From the NCBI GenBank assembly GCA_049423385.1, contig JBMSQQ010000007.1, positions 1-59,505 of the forward strand: a stretch of DNA of 59,505 nt. Direction: 5' to 3'. This DNA is from Silvanigrellaceae bacterium. GTDB taxonomy: Bacteria > Bdellovibrionota_B > Oligoflexia > Silvanigrellales > Silvanigrellaceae. The translations under genes and the position numbers were made by a program. This document shows, one piece after another, positions 18,882 through 28,097 of this stretch (position 1 is the stretch's first letter; every line of letters begins with the position of its first letter). Under the pieces are notes generated by a model. It was not told the origin of the DNA, made no database searches, and saw nothing but the letters and a program-made list of their open reading frames with translations.

Positions 18882-20189
18882 TCAAGCCGCGCGATCCGAC
18901 AGTGTTTCCACCGGATCGATTTTCATGACTTCCAGCGCTGGCCACACGGAAGCAACGATCGACAACAAAACACTGCCAATGCTGACCACCAGCAGGTCCA
19001 TCCAGGATACGAGAACGGGCAGCCCTCTGCCGGAATACGCATCCTGTAGAATCGGCAACGGAATTTTCTGAACGAACTGCAAAGCGAGCAATCCAAGAGT
19101 CAAACCGAGTGCAACACCCATGACTCCAATGCTTCCGCCCTTGAAAATATAGAGCAGTCCAAGGTCGCGCCGCCTCAATCCTATCGCACGCAATATCGCC
19201 ATCTCCCTGGCTTTTCTCCGCACTGCAAGAACGAGCGTGATGGTAATGCTGAAGCAGCCAACAAGGATCACCATGTACAAAACAAATGACATTCCCCAGC
19301 GCTCGAGCTTGAGAGCCTTCAACAACGCTTTGTTGGACTCGGTCCAAGGCTTGGCACGCAGCTGTTCGCCTGCAAGAGCGGAATTCAATTTTTTTGCAAC
19401 GGCATCAGCTTCGAGCGGCTCCTTGAGTGCAATCTGCACACCAGACCATTCGTCCATTGCATCGATAAACCTTTGCGCAACCGACAGCCGGGTGAGCACC
19501 ACCTTTGAATCATGACTCACAGAGCCTGTTTGAAAAGACGAATGCACGACCACGGGTTGTTGGGTTGGCGCAAATCCGCCCAGTCCTTCGTCGGGTTGGG
19601 TGGAGACCAACGTCAGCCGCTCACCAGGCTCGGCATCAATCACCTCGAGAAGCGACTCTCCCGCAATCAAGGATGGAAATTTTCCAGAGTCGCCATCGGC
19701 GAGAATATCCTCCGAAAGATCCGACAATCGGGAATCCGGGGGCGAAAGGTAGGTGTTGAATCCCATTGTGCGATCGGCGCGCTCCGCATCCACTCCCCAT
19801 AAAAGCGCCGTAATGGGTTTGCGCCGTGATTGAACAATAACATCGCTTTTGATGAAGGGAGAAACCGATACAATCTGATCAGACAGCCCCTCGATTTTTT
19901 TGAGCAGTTCCGGATTTGCTGCAATCCGGCCAAAGCCTTCCTTAACAACAACTTCAAGATGGGGTTCAACGACGAGAAGTCGCTTTTTTAGATTTTGGAC
20001 GAAACCACCCATCACACTCAAAATGATGGTGAATGCGCAAACGCCGACTGCAATTCCCGTCACCGGCAAGACAACGCCAAGCGCAGATTGGGATTTGCGG
20101 CGGCGTCCTCCCCAGGACGAAAGCAAATACCTTTTCAACAGGAAAAGGATGGCAATTTTACTTTTGGAATGAGCCGCATCAACTTCCAC
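18882..20189 (-). CDS. lolC: Lipoprotein-releasing ABC transporter permease (LolC/E family)
   Basis: GIAVGVCAFTIILSVMGGF, REMAILRAIG, WPA...IDPVETL; directly upstream of lolD. Confidence 0.85.
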   Translation of the reverse strand: MEVDAAHSKSKIAILFLLKRYLLSSWGGRRRKSQSALGVVLPVTGIAVGVCAFTIILSVMGGFVQNLKKRLLVVEPHLEVVVKEGFGRIAANPELLKKIEGLSDQIVSVSPFIKSDVIVQSRRKPITALLWGVDAERADRTMGFNTYLSPPDSRLSDLSEDILADGDSGKFPSLIAGESLLEVIDAEPGERLTLVSTQPDEGLGGFAPTQQPVVVHSSFQTGSVSHDSKVVLTRLSVAQRFIDAMDEWSGVQIALKEPLEADAVAKKLNSALAGEQLRAKPWTESNKALLKALKLERWGMSFVLYMVILVGCFSITITLVLAVRRKAREMAILRAIGLRRRDLGLLYIFKGGSIGVMGVALGLTLGLLALQFVQKIPLPILQDAYSGRGLPVLVSWMDLLVVSIGSVLLSIVASVWPALEVMKIDPVETLSDRAA

Positions 20190-20193
20190 GGAT

Positions 20194-20904
20194 TCAACTC
20201 GAAAGCAAAGACTTCAAACCGTCGACCAGTGCAACGGCTGAAGCGAAGACATCGGCGGGAGTGGCGTCATCAAACATGTAGGCAGGCGCACTGACCATCA
20301 TGCTGGCATGGTCGACACACGCTTCACCTGGTCGGGTTGGCATGTGCTTGGCCCCCCAGCCTTCAATCGCCTTGACAGCATCCTGGGCGGAACCATCCCC
20401 AAGGGTGAGCTGGGCGCCATTGACGTGGGCCTCGCGGCAGATCAGTGCAAGCACAACCGGTGCTATGCAAAGTGCAGCCATGGGTTTTTTGTTTTGAATA
20501 AAAGGAAGCAACGCTGCTTTGACATCCTCTTCGAGCCGCGCGTCGACACCGGCAAACGCATAGTTGCATAGATTTTTAGCAGCTCCAAAACCACCGGCCA
20601 ATGCCACGGCGGCATAGTTGACAGCTTTCAATTCTGAAATGGGCTGAATCCGCCCGCGAGCAATTCGGGCAGCCTCGTGCAACTGATTGCGACTTTCATG
20701 GGCAGATGCTTTGGAGGTCAAATGATCGACAACATCATGCGTCTTACGGTCCGGCGCAAAGCAATCGAAGCTCAAACCCTTTTGACTCAGGGCAATGAGG
20801 AGGCCCACAGCTTCGGTGATTTCACTGCCATCTTTTGCACCACAGCCGGCCAAAACGACCGCCACCCGCTGGTTTCCTGGGTGAATTTTCTGAGTGGAGA
20901 CCAT
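20194..20904 (-). CDS. elbB: ElbB/ES1-type DJ-1/PfpI-family glyoxalase
   Basis: GCGAKDGSEITEAV, EAARIARG, GGFGAAKNLC, LCIAP, SAPAYM. Confidence 0.92.
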   Translation of the reverse strand: MVSTQKIHPGNQRVAVVLAGCGAKDGSEITEAVGLLIALSQKGLSFDCFAPDRKTHDVVDHLTSKASAHESRNQLHEAARIARGRIQPISELKAVNYAAVALAGGFGAAKNLCNYAFAGVDARLEEDVKAALLPFIQNKKPMAALCIAPVVLALICREAHVNGAQLTLGDGSAQDAVKAIEGWGAKHMPTRPGEACVDHASMMVSAPAYMFDDATPADVFASAVALVDGLKSLLSS

Positions 20905-21032
20905 TTTTCACTCCTTCAGGGTCAATCGAGAATCCGACCTGGCGCGCCCTGGAACCTTGGGGCACTCCCTTCCGAAAGCATGACCCACAGGTTATAGACC
21001 CTTCGTATCTGAATCTTCAAGAGGATGAGCAA

Positions 21033-22265
21033 ATGCCTTTCCGCCCGATCACCGACCTTCATCTGAAATCGGCAACCCGCCGTGAGGACATCACCTCGCG
21101 GGGCGCACGCATGTTTGGGGTGAGCGTGGAACAGTTCGCAAATTGGCGATGGCAAATGAAAAACCAGGTGGGCTCTGCAGAAGACGCAGGCAAAATCCTG
21201 AATTTGTCTGCGAACGAACGGGAAGCATTTCAAGCCTTGAAGGAATTGTTTCAGGCCGGAATCACACCGTACTATTTGGCGTTGATGGAACTAGAGAATG
21301 AATTCGATCCGGTTCGCCTTCAAGCCTTGCCAAGGCTTGACGAAATTCACGACCGCATTGGCGTGGCTGACCCGCTTCAGGAAGTTGGAAATTCACCGGT
21401 CAAGGAAGTTGTCCATGTTTATCCAGACAGGGTTGCGTTTTGTGTCGCCCAGCTGTGTCCGGTGTATTGCCGGTATTGTTTCCGTAAACGTCGGGACGAT
21501 GAAGTAGGACTGCATTTCAATCCCAAAATTGTTGACCAGGGAATCGAATACATCGCCAGCAATCCTTCGATTCGTGACGTGCTCATCACCGGTGGCGACC
21601 CTCTGGTTGCCCAGGATGGCACACTGGAATCCCTGCTGCGCAGACTCCGCGCCATACCCCATGTGGAAATCTTGAGAATTGGAACGCGAGTCCCCGTGAC
21701 CCTTCCCTATCGAATCACTGAAGAGCTGGCGGACATGCTCGCACAGTTTCATCCTTTGTGGATCAACACCCATTTCAATTGTCCCGAGGAACTGACCCCT
21801 GAAGCCGCGGCAGCTGTGGACACACTTCTCAGCCGCGGTATTCCCATTGGAAATCAGAGCGTGCTGCTCGCCGGCATCAACGACACTTCCGAACGACTTA
21901 AAAAATTGCTCGAAGGTTTGGTCAAGATGCGCGTCAGGCCATATTATCTTTACCAGGCCCAGACCGTTGAGGGGACAGCACACTTGCGTGTTCCGATCGA
22001 AAAAGGGCTCGACTTGATGCGCAGCCTACGGGGAAACACCACCGGATTTGCGATACCACAATACGTGCTCGATACTCCCAGCGGAAAAATCCCCTTGTCG
22101 CCGAACCATGTTCTTGGACGCGAAGAAAACGACGTCGTCCTGCTCGATCTGAAAAAAAATGCCTGGCGCGAGATCAACCCACTCTCGGATTACATCAGTC
22201 CTCATCCACTGGGAGCCGTGGAAGTTGAGGCGAAGACCCAGGCCTCAGAACACCCTCAGGCTTAG
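21033..22265 (+). CDS. KamA-family radical SAM protein (lysine 2,3-aminomutase-like)
   Basis: CPVYCRYC, ITGGDPL, IGNQSVLLAGIND, VRPYYLYQ, GKIP (PLP lysine). Start at ATG 21033 with GAGGA RBS. Confidence 0.9.
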   Translation: MPFRPITDLHLKSATRREDITSRGARMFGVSVEQFANWRWQMKNQVGSAEDAGKILNLSANEREAFQALKELFQAGITPYYLALMELENEFDPVRLQALPRLDEIHDRIGVADPLQEVGNSPVKEVVHVYPDRVAFCVAQLCPVYCRYCFRKRRDDEVGLHFNPKIVDQGIEYIASNPSIRDVLITGGDPLVAQDGTLESLLRRLRAIPHVEILRIGTRVPVTLPYRITEELADMLAQFHPLWINTHFNCPEELTPEAAAAVDTLLSRGIPIGNQSVLLAGINDTSERLKKLLEGLVKMRVRPYYLYQAQTVEGTAHLRVPIEKGLDLMRSLRGNTTGFAIPQYVLDTPSGKIPLSPNHVLGREENDVVLLDLKKNAWREINPLSDYISPHPLGAVEVEAKTQASEHPQA

Positions 22266-23052
22266 GCGGCCGATCCGTCAACGGCCGCTTGAAGAATTTT
22301 GCGTTCACGTTCTTGTAGAATTTTTTCAAGGTCTCGCGGTATTCGGGACGTCCACTGGCTGATTGCAACTCGGTTGCCAAAAACAGAAGAACAGACATTT
22401 TTTCCAGAAAATCTTCCTGTCTGTCAATCAAGAATCCACTTTCAACACCTTTGCCCAACAAACCAAAAGAGGTTTGCAACATTCCCCAGGAAAACAGCCA
22501 ATGGGCGCGCGCAAAATCTTCCTTGACGCGCACCTTCAATCCGGCGAGCTCAACGTCTGTCGCGTTGGCACTTTCGGAAAAAAATCGCGAATAAATCGTC
22601 CATTCCTTGAAGAGTGGTTGATAAACTTGAGCAACATCTGCGTGCGCATTGATGAACTGCAAAAGATCGGAGTGATTGACGCCACGCGGAAATGGCAAAC
22701 GTGGAGCCGCCCGTAAATTCGTCGGTGCAGGCGTTGCTGCAACCACCGGAGATGATGATGGCGTTGGCGCAGGCGTTGCTGCAACCACCGGAGATGATGA
22801 TGGCGTTGGCGCAGGCGTTGCTACAGCAACAGGACTTTCTCCCAACTGCTCGGAGCCTTCCACTTCGAGCTCATCGACACCGAGAATTTTTTCAAAAACC
22901 CTCTTTTTTTCTCCCGAGCTCACCGACTTGCAGGCCGACCAGACGCTTCCGCCAGAGAGCAGAACAAAAATCATACCCAGATTTGCAAAAAGTCGTTCAA
23001 CGCGACGCAAGGGGAACCTCTTCAACTGGCAGCCCCATCGACAGCTGAACAC
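22195..23052 (-). CDS. Hypothetical lipoprotein with tandem Pro/Ala/Thr repeat
   Basis: Hydrophobic stretch plus VWSAC lipobox-like motif; repeat PVVAATPAPTPSSS. Start uncertain (TTG 23025 is possible). Confidence 0.55.
   Translation of the reverse strand: MFSCRWGCQLKRFPLRRVERLFANLGMIFVLLSGGSVWSACKSVSSGEKKRVFEKILGVDELEVEGSEQLGESPVAVATPAPTPSSSPVVAATPAPTPSSSPVVAATPAPTNLRAAPRLPFPRGVNHSDLLQFINAHADVAQVYQPLFKEWTIYSRFFSESANATDVELAGLKVRVKEDFARAHWLFSWGMLQTSFGLLGKGVESGFLIDRQEDFLEKMSVLLFLATELQSASGRPEYRETLKKFYKNVNAKFFKRPLTDRPPKPEGVLRPGSSPQLPRLPVDED
22727..22822. repeat. Perfect 42-bp tandem repeat, about 2.3 copies
   Basis: Unit gcaggcgttgctgcaaccaccggagatgatgatggcgttggc at 22727-22768 and 22769-22810, plus a 12-bp partial copy. 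Confidence 0.95.
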
Positions 23053-23803
23053 CCGTCCTCAGCCGAACCTGCCACGGCCAAGCGCCTTGAACACCTGCAA
23101 ACAATTCAGCTCGGAGCAGAGCATTCCATTCAAAACCGACACCCGACTGGAAACCCACACCAGGCAGGTTCAAACCGGTTCGCGACCACGTGTCGGATCG
23201 CGGAATCATGTTTGCAGAAGATGCCGAGAAAGCTTTCACCCAACGCACGGGAGCATATGAAGCAGTCAATGACCAAAGCCAATTCAAGTCCGAGGATCCA
23301 AAATCTGAAAAACGCACGAGCGACGCCATCATACCAACTTCGCTTGAGTTGAAATCAGCATAGCCGTTACCGGTGAAGAATCGATCGGCAAGCTTGGCAT
23401 ACTGACCACCGTTGAAAAAATATGCCTTTGGTCCGAATGACAACCTGAAGCCCGAAAATGTCCAATCCGGATGAGTCAATTCCGCTGACACTGAATAAGA
23501 ACCATCTGCCAAAGTTGAGGTGTCGCGCGGCGACCGCAATGCTTTCCAACGGGCAAGGTCGGCACTCCACCAAAACAAATATGATTTTTTTGATTTTTCC
23601 TTGTTCTTCGCAACCTGGCTTTTCAATTGCTCAACAAGTCCGGCTCCTGCAGTGCTTTTGGAATTTGAGTCACGCAAAGATTCGACCGGAACTGGCTTTG
23701 TTTCCAAAATTCCAGCTCCCTCCAGTCTTTTTTTTCGCTCTTCATCGCTCTCCCGACGCCATTCAACTGCCGGTGGAGGCAAAGTATCCAATGATGCAGG
23801 CAA
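22997..23803 (-). CDS. Hypothetical outer-membrane beta-barrel-like protein; N-terminus unresolved
   Basis: The C-terminal two-thirds show alternating aromatic/Gly beta-strand patterns. No signal peptide at the TTG start; in-frame TAA at 23828-23830. Confidence 0.5.
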   Translation of the reverse strand: MPASLDTLPPPAVEWRRESDEERKKRLEGAGILETKPVPVESLRDSNSKSTAGAGLVEQLKSQVAKNKEKSKKSYLFWWSADLARWKALRSPRDTSTLADGSYSVSAELTHPDWTFSGFRLSFGPKAYFFNGGQYAKLADRFFTGNGYADFNSSEVGMMASLVRFSDFGSSDLNWLWSLTASYAPVRWVKAFSASSANMIPRSDTWSRTGLNLPGVGFQSGVGFEWNALLRAELFAGVQGAWPWQVRLRTGVQLSMGLPVEEVPLASR

Positions 23804-23966
23804 TGCAGTGTCCCCCTGGAGAACAGGTTAACCCAGTGGGAAAGAATCTGCAGCTCGACAAAAATCAGACGACCCGAGCCGACTTGGGGAGTGTGCCAAT
23901 GACAACCCTTGGCGCACACTGGAAAGGCAGGAAAGGGTTGGTGTCGTGAGCTTCATCGTCTCAAGC

Positions 23967-24713
23967 ATGACTGTTACACAGGAAATGGCAATGATCGTGA
24001 CACTCGTCGCATCAGTTGGCCTTTACCTTTATGTGTCTTCCGTCATCACGAAACGCAGAAGACCGCGCTCAAAGGATTTTTTCTCGAGCCCGACCGACTC
24101 TCAGAACAATGGGTATGAGTGGGACGACCGACAACCACTCTACTGGCGACAATCTCTCGGGCAACTCGGGCAGCATGTTGATCACTGCTTCATTTCGGCA
24201 TTTTCATTTCAAATTGTGGGCAAACGGTCTGTTCAACTTGCAACATCACAAGTCGACGCAAAAATGTGTGTTTCGAGGTCAGCTCAGGACACCGAAAAAT
24301 TGATCTTGCCACTCCTGAAGAAAATCGAGACCAGGCTGCGCAAGGCAGAACTCAGGCCACGTCCACGATTGACTACTGATCGCACAAACCTTCCTTTTCC
24401 GCTGTTTTCATCAATGCGGCCAGATATCGAACTGAGCACCTACGTGCTGAATTTCCTGGATGCGTGCATCGATCTTTCCTCATCCTGCGACACACAGGTC
24501 AATTTCAATTTCGACGCCAACAGTGATGGAGTATCTATCTCGGCGGTATGGAAAAAAAACCAGCTCATTGCAGATGCAACAGCTCAAATCGAACTTCTCG
24601 ATCACATGCGCCTGACGATGAGTGGTGAACAGGTTCGTTGGGATTTCAGGATTTTTGAATGCATCAACGCGCTGGAAGAGCAAGTCGACAAAGCCAACCT
24701 GCTGAGCGCCTGA
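23967..24713 (+). CDS. Hypothetical protein with N-terminal membrane anchor
   Basis: About 250 aa ORF; TM segment (MIVTLVASVGLYLYVSSVI) followed by KRRR. Confidence 0.6.
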   Translation: MTVTQEMAMIVTLVASVGLYLYVSSVITKRRRPRSKDFFSSPTDSQNNGYEWDDRQPLYWRQSLGQLGQHVDHCFISAFSFQIVGKRSVQLATSQVDAKMCVSRSAQDTEKLILPLLKKIETRLRKAELRPRPRLTTDRTNLPFPLFSSMRPDIELSTYVLNFLDACIDLSSSCDTQVNFNFDANSDGVSISAVWKKNQLIADATAQIELLDHMRLTMSGEQVRWDFRIFECINALEEQVDKANLLSA

Positions 24714-24729
24714 TGATTGTCAAATCTCG

Positions 24730-25014
24730 TCACTTCGACTTTTTGGAAGTCTTCTGAATTCGCTTTCTGAGGTTCTCTGTGGTCAGGGAATTGTCCCGGA
24801 AAGGTGACGTTTCGGCCGCTGAGGAATAGATCCCCTTGTCATACTTCGGAGACAACCAAGGGTAAACCTCGTCTTCGCGATCCAGAATTCCATACGTCTG
24901 GTTGCTGATGGGATAGGAACTGGCCTCACTCTCCTCGGCCTGGCGGTTGGACACACAGGCCGGGGCTGAAACAACCAGCGCCGCCAATATTAAGATTGCG
25001 CGTTTGAAGTTCAT
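24730..25014 (-). CDS. Small hypothetical lipoprotein
   Basis: MNFKRAILILAALVVSAPAC signal/lipobox; GGGGAG RBS. Confidence 0.7.
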   Translation of the reverse strand: MNFKRAILILAALVVSAPACVSNRQAEESEASSYPISNQTYGILDREDEVYPWLSPKYDKGIYSSAAETSPFRDNSLTTENLRKRIQKTSKKSK

Positions 25015-25230
25015 TGCCGTCTCCCCGGAACGAGTCACGCCTCCACATTGGAGGCCTCTGCCGAGAACAGCAATTCCCAGGCCAATAACCAACACACCAA
25101 AACAACCGGCATTTATTTAAAAACAAGGATTCATCTGTCGAAAATCCCAACACCTTGCGCGAATCCGTGTCAATCCCTTCGACATCTGCACACTGATCAA
25201 TCACACCCAACCCGAATGCTGAACTTTCCG

Positions 25231-25260
25231 ATTAATCTCGGTAAAAAAGCCAAGATTAAT
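25231..25260. promoter_or_regulatory. Dyad-symmetry element upstream of the MerR/B12 regulator (candidate operator)
   Basis: ATTAATCTCGG-N8-CCAAGATTAAT, 10/11 inverted match, in the divergent intergenic region. Confidence 0.45.
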
Positions 25261-25329
25261 TTGGGCTTTATCTTCAGATTTGTAACGTCGATGATAGACT
25301 TGGAACGAAGAAACGAATCACGGAAGCTT

Positions 25330-26334
25330 ATGAACGAAGAAAAAAGGTTTCTCACAATCCAGGAACTCGCTGGCATCGTAGGTGTATCCACTTCGGCACT
25401 GCGTGCCTGGGAACGCCGTTATTCCATTTTTTCACCCGAACGAACCCCCGGCGGACATCGACTCTACACCCAGGAAGACCTCAAGTTGTTCTGGTACGTC
25501 ATGCACCTCCGCGGACAAGGTCAAGATCTCAAGGATATTTCGATCACCGGCAGGGAAGACCTGCTGAAGCAAGCGCAGTCGTTTTTTGAAATTTCGGCAC
25601 CAAAGGAAAATGGCAATGCAGCCTCCAGCCTGGAAGGTCTTCCAGCGCCTTTTGAAGCCATCCTGTCGGCACTTCGGCGGGATGACATGGAAGAGGCGAT
25701 TCGCTCCCTGGAGAGGGTCTACGCCCTGTCGAAAAGTGCAATCACGTTCGCAGACAATGCGCTCGACCTCATGGTCAAGGTTGGCGAGTGTTGGCACAGG
25801 GGTGAAATCACGGTTGCTGCTGAACACGCCCTCACGGCGCGCCTCAAACACATGCTCCTGGGTTTGTTCTATCTCAACAACCCAGGTGTTGACGAAAGCG
25901 AACAACCCATGGCCGTTTGCGCCACCCTGCCTCATGAACTGCATGAGCTGGGTTTGTTGCGGGTGGCACTCTATTTGAAAAAATGGGGATATCGGGTCAC
26001 ATACCTGGGGGCCAACACACCCATCGTTGACCTCGAGGAATATTGCTCCCGCAAACAACCGACCCTGGTTGTCGTCAGCTGCGCGACATCGCTCAACATC
26101 ACAAACATGCTGCACTCGTTCCAAAAATTGAGCGTGCTTGTTTCGCCTCATTCTCCCGTAATCGTGGGTGGATCAGGCGTCAGTGTGATTGCACAAAACC
26201 ACCCGGACGTCAGAAACCTCATCATTTTGCAGAAGCTTGCAGACCTTGAAACAATCGCCCGGGTTGCGAATGAAAACCGCAAAGCACCCGCTGCCGAGAG
26301 ATTCAAGATCCTCAAATCTGAATTGGAAGGTTGA
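25330..26334 (+). CDS. MerR-family regulator with cobalamin-binding domain (CarH/LitR-like)
   Basis: MerR HTH (LRAWERRY, RTPGGHRLY), W-x9-EH (WHRGEITVAAEH), E-x-H-x2-G (ELHELG), YLGANTP, VGG. Alternative start at 25291. Confidence 0.9.
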   Translation: MNEEKRFLTIQELAGIVGVSTSALRAWERRYSIFSPERTPGGHRLYTQEDLKLFWYVMHLRGQGQDLKDISITGREDLLKQAQSFFEISAPKENGNAASSLEGLPAPFEAILSALRRDDMEEAIRSLERVYALSKSAITFADNALDLMVKVGECWHRGEITVAAEHALTARLKHMLLGLFYLNNPGVDESEQPMAVCATLPHELHELGLLRVALYLKKWGYRVTYLGANTPIVDLEEYCSRKQPTLVVVSCATSLNITNMLHSFQKLSVLVSPHSPVIVGGSGVSVIAQNHPDVRNLIILQKLADLETIARVANENRKAPAAERFKILKSELEG

Positions 26335-27061
26335 ATTCGGAAACCGTCAGGCCTGCCTGAATGCGCGTTCGCCCCAGTCTTACAATATCTCCGTGCAACA
26401 ACGCCTTTCGTCCGGAAAGCCGCTCCTCATTGAAGAAAGTTCCGTTCGCGGAGCCGAGGTCCTCAACGTAAAGAACACCATCGTCGGCAACATAAATTCT
26501 GGCATGCTTTCGTGAAGCCTCTTCATCTTCGGCAACCAGCGGCACGGCTCCTGCCCTGCCAAGAACAATTTCCCCCACAGGAACAACGTGACTTGCAATT
26601 CTTCCATCTTTCGATTCGATGGTCAGCCTCAGCTGCACATCTGCAAGACAGAGCTCCAATTCCTTTTCCACCAGCGTGGAAATCGGATTCGAAAACTGAC
26701 CACTCTCAGCCTGAGAAACCTTGTTGCACCAATTCTTGACCATCAGAAGTGGATCCTGAAATTGCGCCACCATGGGCCATTCGATGATGCGGAAATTCAC
26801 CTGGCCAATCCTGACAACATCTCCCGCCCGCAGCCGACTCCGATCTGTACGCTGACCATTCAGGAATGTTCCATTGCGACTCGCGTGATCGACAAGAATA
26901 AGTTCGCCGGCGATGACTTGTATAGAGCAATGCTTGCTCGATACCTCGGTATCTTCGAACAACAATTCTCCGATGGAACGGCCAATTGTTACTGAATTGT
27001 TCACGAGCGGCAGAATCTCTCCCGCCTTTTGACCATCCATGAACTGAAGCGCAAATGGCAT
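26312..27061 (-). CDS. Double FHA-domain protein
   Basis: Two FHA signatures: IGR...VSSKH...SRNGTFLNG and LGR...ASRKH...SANGTFFN. Confidence 0.9.
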   Translation of the reverse strand: MPFALQFMDGQKAGEILPLVNNSVTIGRSIGELLFEDTEVSSKHCSIQVIAGELILVDHASRNGTFLNGQRTDRSRLRAGDVVRIGQVNFRIIEWPMVAQFQDPLLMVKNWCNKVSQAESGQFSNPISTLVEKELELCLADVQLRLTIESKDGRIASHVVPVGEIVLGRAGAVPLVAEDEEASRKHARIYVADDGVLYVEDLGSANGTFFNEERLSGRKALLHGDIVRLGRTRIQAGLTVSEFNLPIQI

Positions 27062-27220
27062 AATTCATCCTCAATTTGCTGCAACCGGATGAGTTCACTT
27101 GAATCATGTTCCCGCTTGATTATGATGAAAACCACGAATCTCTGCACCCGGCACTGCGTCATGTTTTTAAGCAATCGATGAAGTTTGGTTGAAAAATAGA
27201 CATCCAAAGGAGCACTTCGC

Positions 27221-27478
27221 GTGGAACAGGTCACATCTCTTTTCGGACTCCTTACGCTTTCGCTCGGAAATGCTGCACTTGTTGGTTTGGGCCTGATGCC
27301 TGAACCTGAATCGGGCAACACCAATCAAGATCTTGCTCTCGCTGCACACAATATTGAACTTCTGGCCATGCTTCAGCAGAAAACCAAGGGAAATCTCAGC
27401 CCTGAAGAACAGCATTTGCTTGAGGGACTGCTTTACGACCTGCGGCTCAAGTACATTGAAGGGCAGAAAAAGTCGTGA
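27221..27478 (+). CDS. DUF1844 family protein
   Basis: LAAHNIELLAMLQQKTKGNLSPEE...LYDLRLKY; AAGGAG RBS before GTG. Confidence 0.85.
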   Translation: MEQVTSLFGLLTLSLGNAALVGLGLMPEPESGNTNQDLALAAHNIELLAMLQQKTKGNLSPEEQHLLEGLLYDLRLKYIEGQKKS

Positions 27479-27568
27479 TAACGTCGGCCACATGAATCGT
27501 TATGAGGGTCGGCCGCTTCTCAAAGCTGGTCGATTCTTTTTTGCTGAATTGAGCTGAAGGGCATCACA

Positions 27569-28075
27569 ATGACGTCGCCGACTCCCATTCCAATCACTCC
27601 TGCGGGCCTTGAAAAAATCAAGGATGAGCTCAAGCGTCTCAAAACAGTGGACCGTCCAGCAATCATCGCTGAAATTGCAGATGCCCGTGCCCTGGGAGAT
27701 CTCTCGGAAAACGCAGAATACCATTCTGCGCGAGAACGTCAGAGCTTCATCGAAGGCCGCATCATGGAACTCGAGGAAAAGCTGACTCGCCTTCAGGTTA
27801 TCGAAATCGATCCTGGAACCATCGAAAAAGTTGTATTTGGTGCCTGCGTTCGACTGCGCGACGTTACGGAAGATGCAAAACCAGAGGAAAAGACCTACAA
27901 GATCGTCGGAGACCTCGAGGCCGACCTGAAAAACAACGCAATTTCAATTTCGAGTCCTCTCGCTGCCTCGCTCATCAATAAAAAAGTTGGCGAGATTGTC
28001 ACCGTCAATTTGCCGCGGGGCGAAAAAGAATATGAAATCATGAAAATTTTCGTGGAAGAAGCGGCCCGCGTCTGA
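27569..28075 (+). CDS. greA: Transcription elongation factor GreA
   Basis: ARALGDLSENAEYHSARE, ISISSPLA. Confidence 0.96.
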   Translation: MTSPTPIPITPAGLEKIKDELKRLKTVDRPAIIAEIADARALGDLSENAEYHSARERQSFIEGRIMELEEKLTRLQVIEIDPGTIEKVVFGACVRLRDVTEDAKPEEKTYKIVGDLEADLKNNAISISSPLAASLINKKVGEIVTVNLPRGEKEYEIMKIFVEEAARV

Positions 28076-28097
28076 TTCACATGGCAGAGCTGGAGGT

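Noticed and set aside
18865..19347. N-terminal extension of LolD in the ORF track (390 aa)
   Set aside because: It overlaps lolC in another frame; LolD similarity and an RBS start at 18864.
22727..22822. CRISPR array
   Set aside because: Head-to-tail coding repeat with no spacers and no cas genes.
25015..25329. Cobalamin riboswitch, or a long N-terminal extension of the MerR protein
   Set aside because: No B12-box core seen; the extension overlaps the divergent gene's upstream region and has no domain features.
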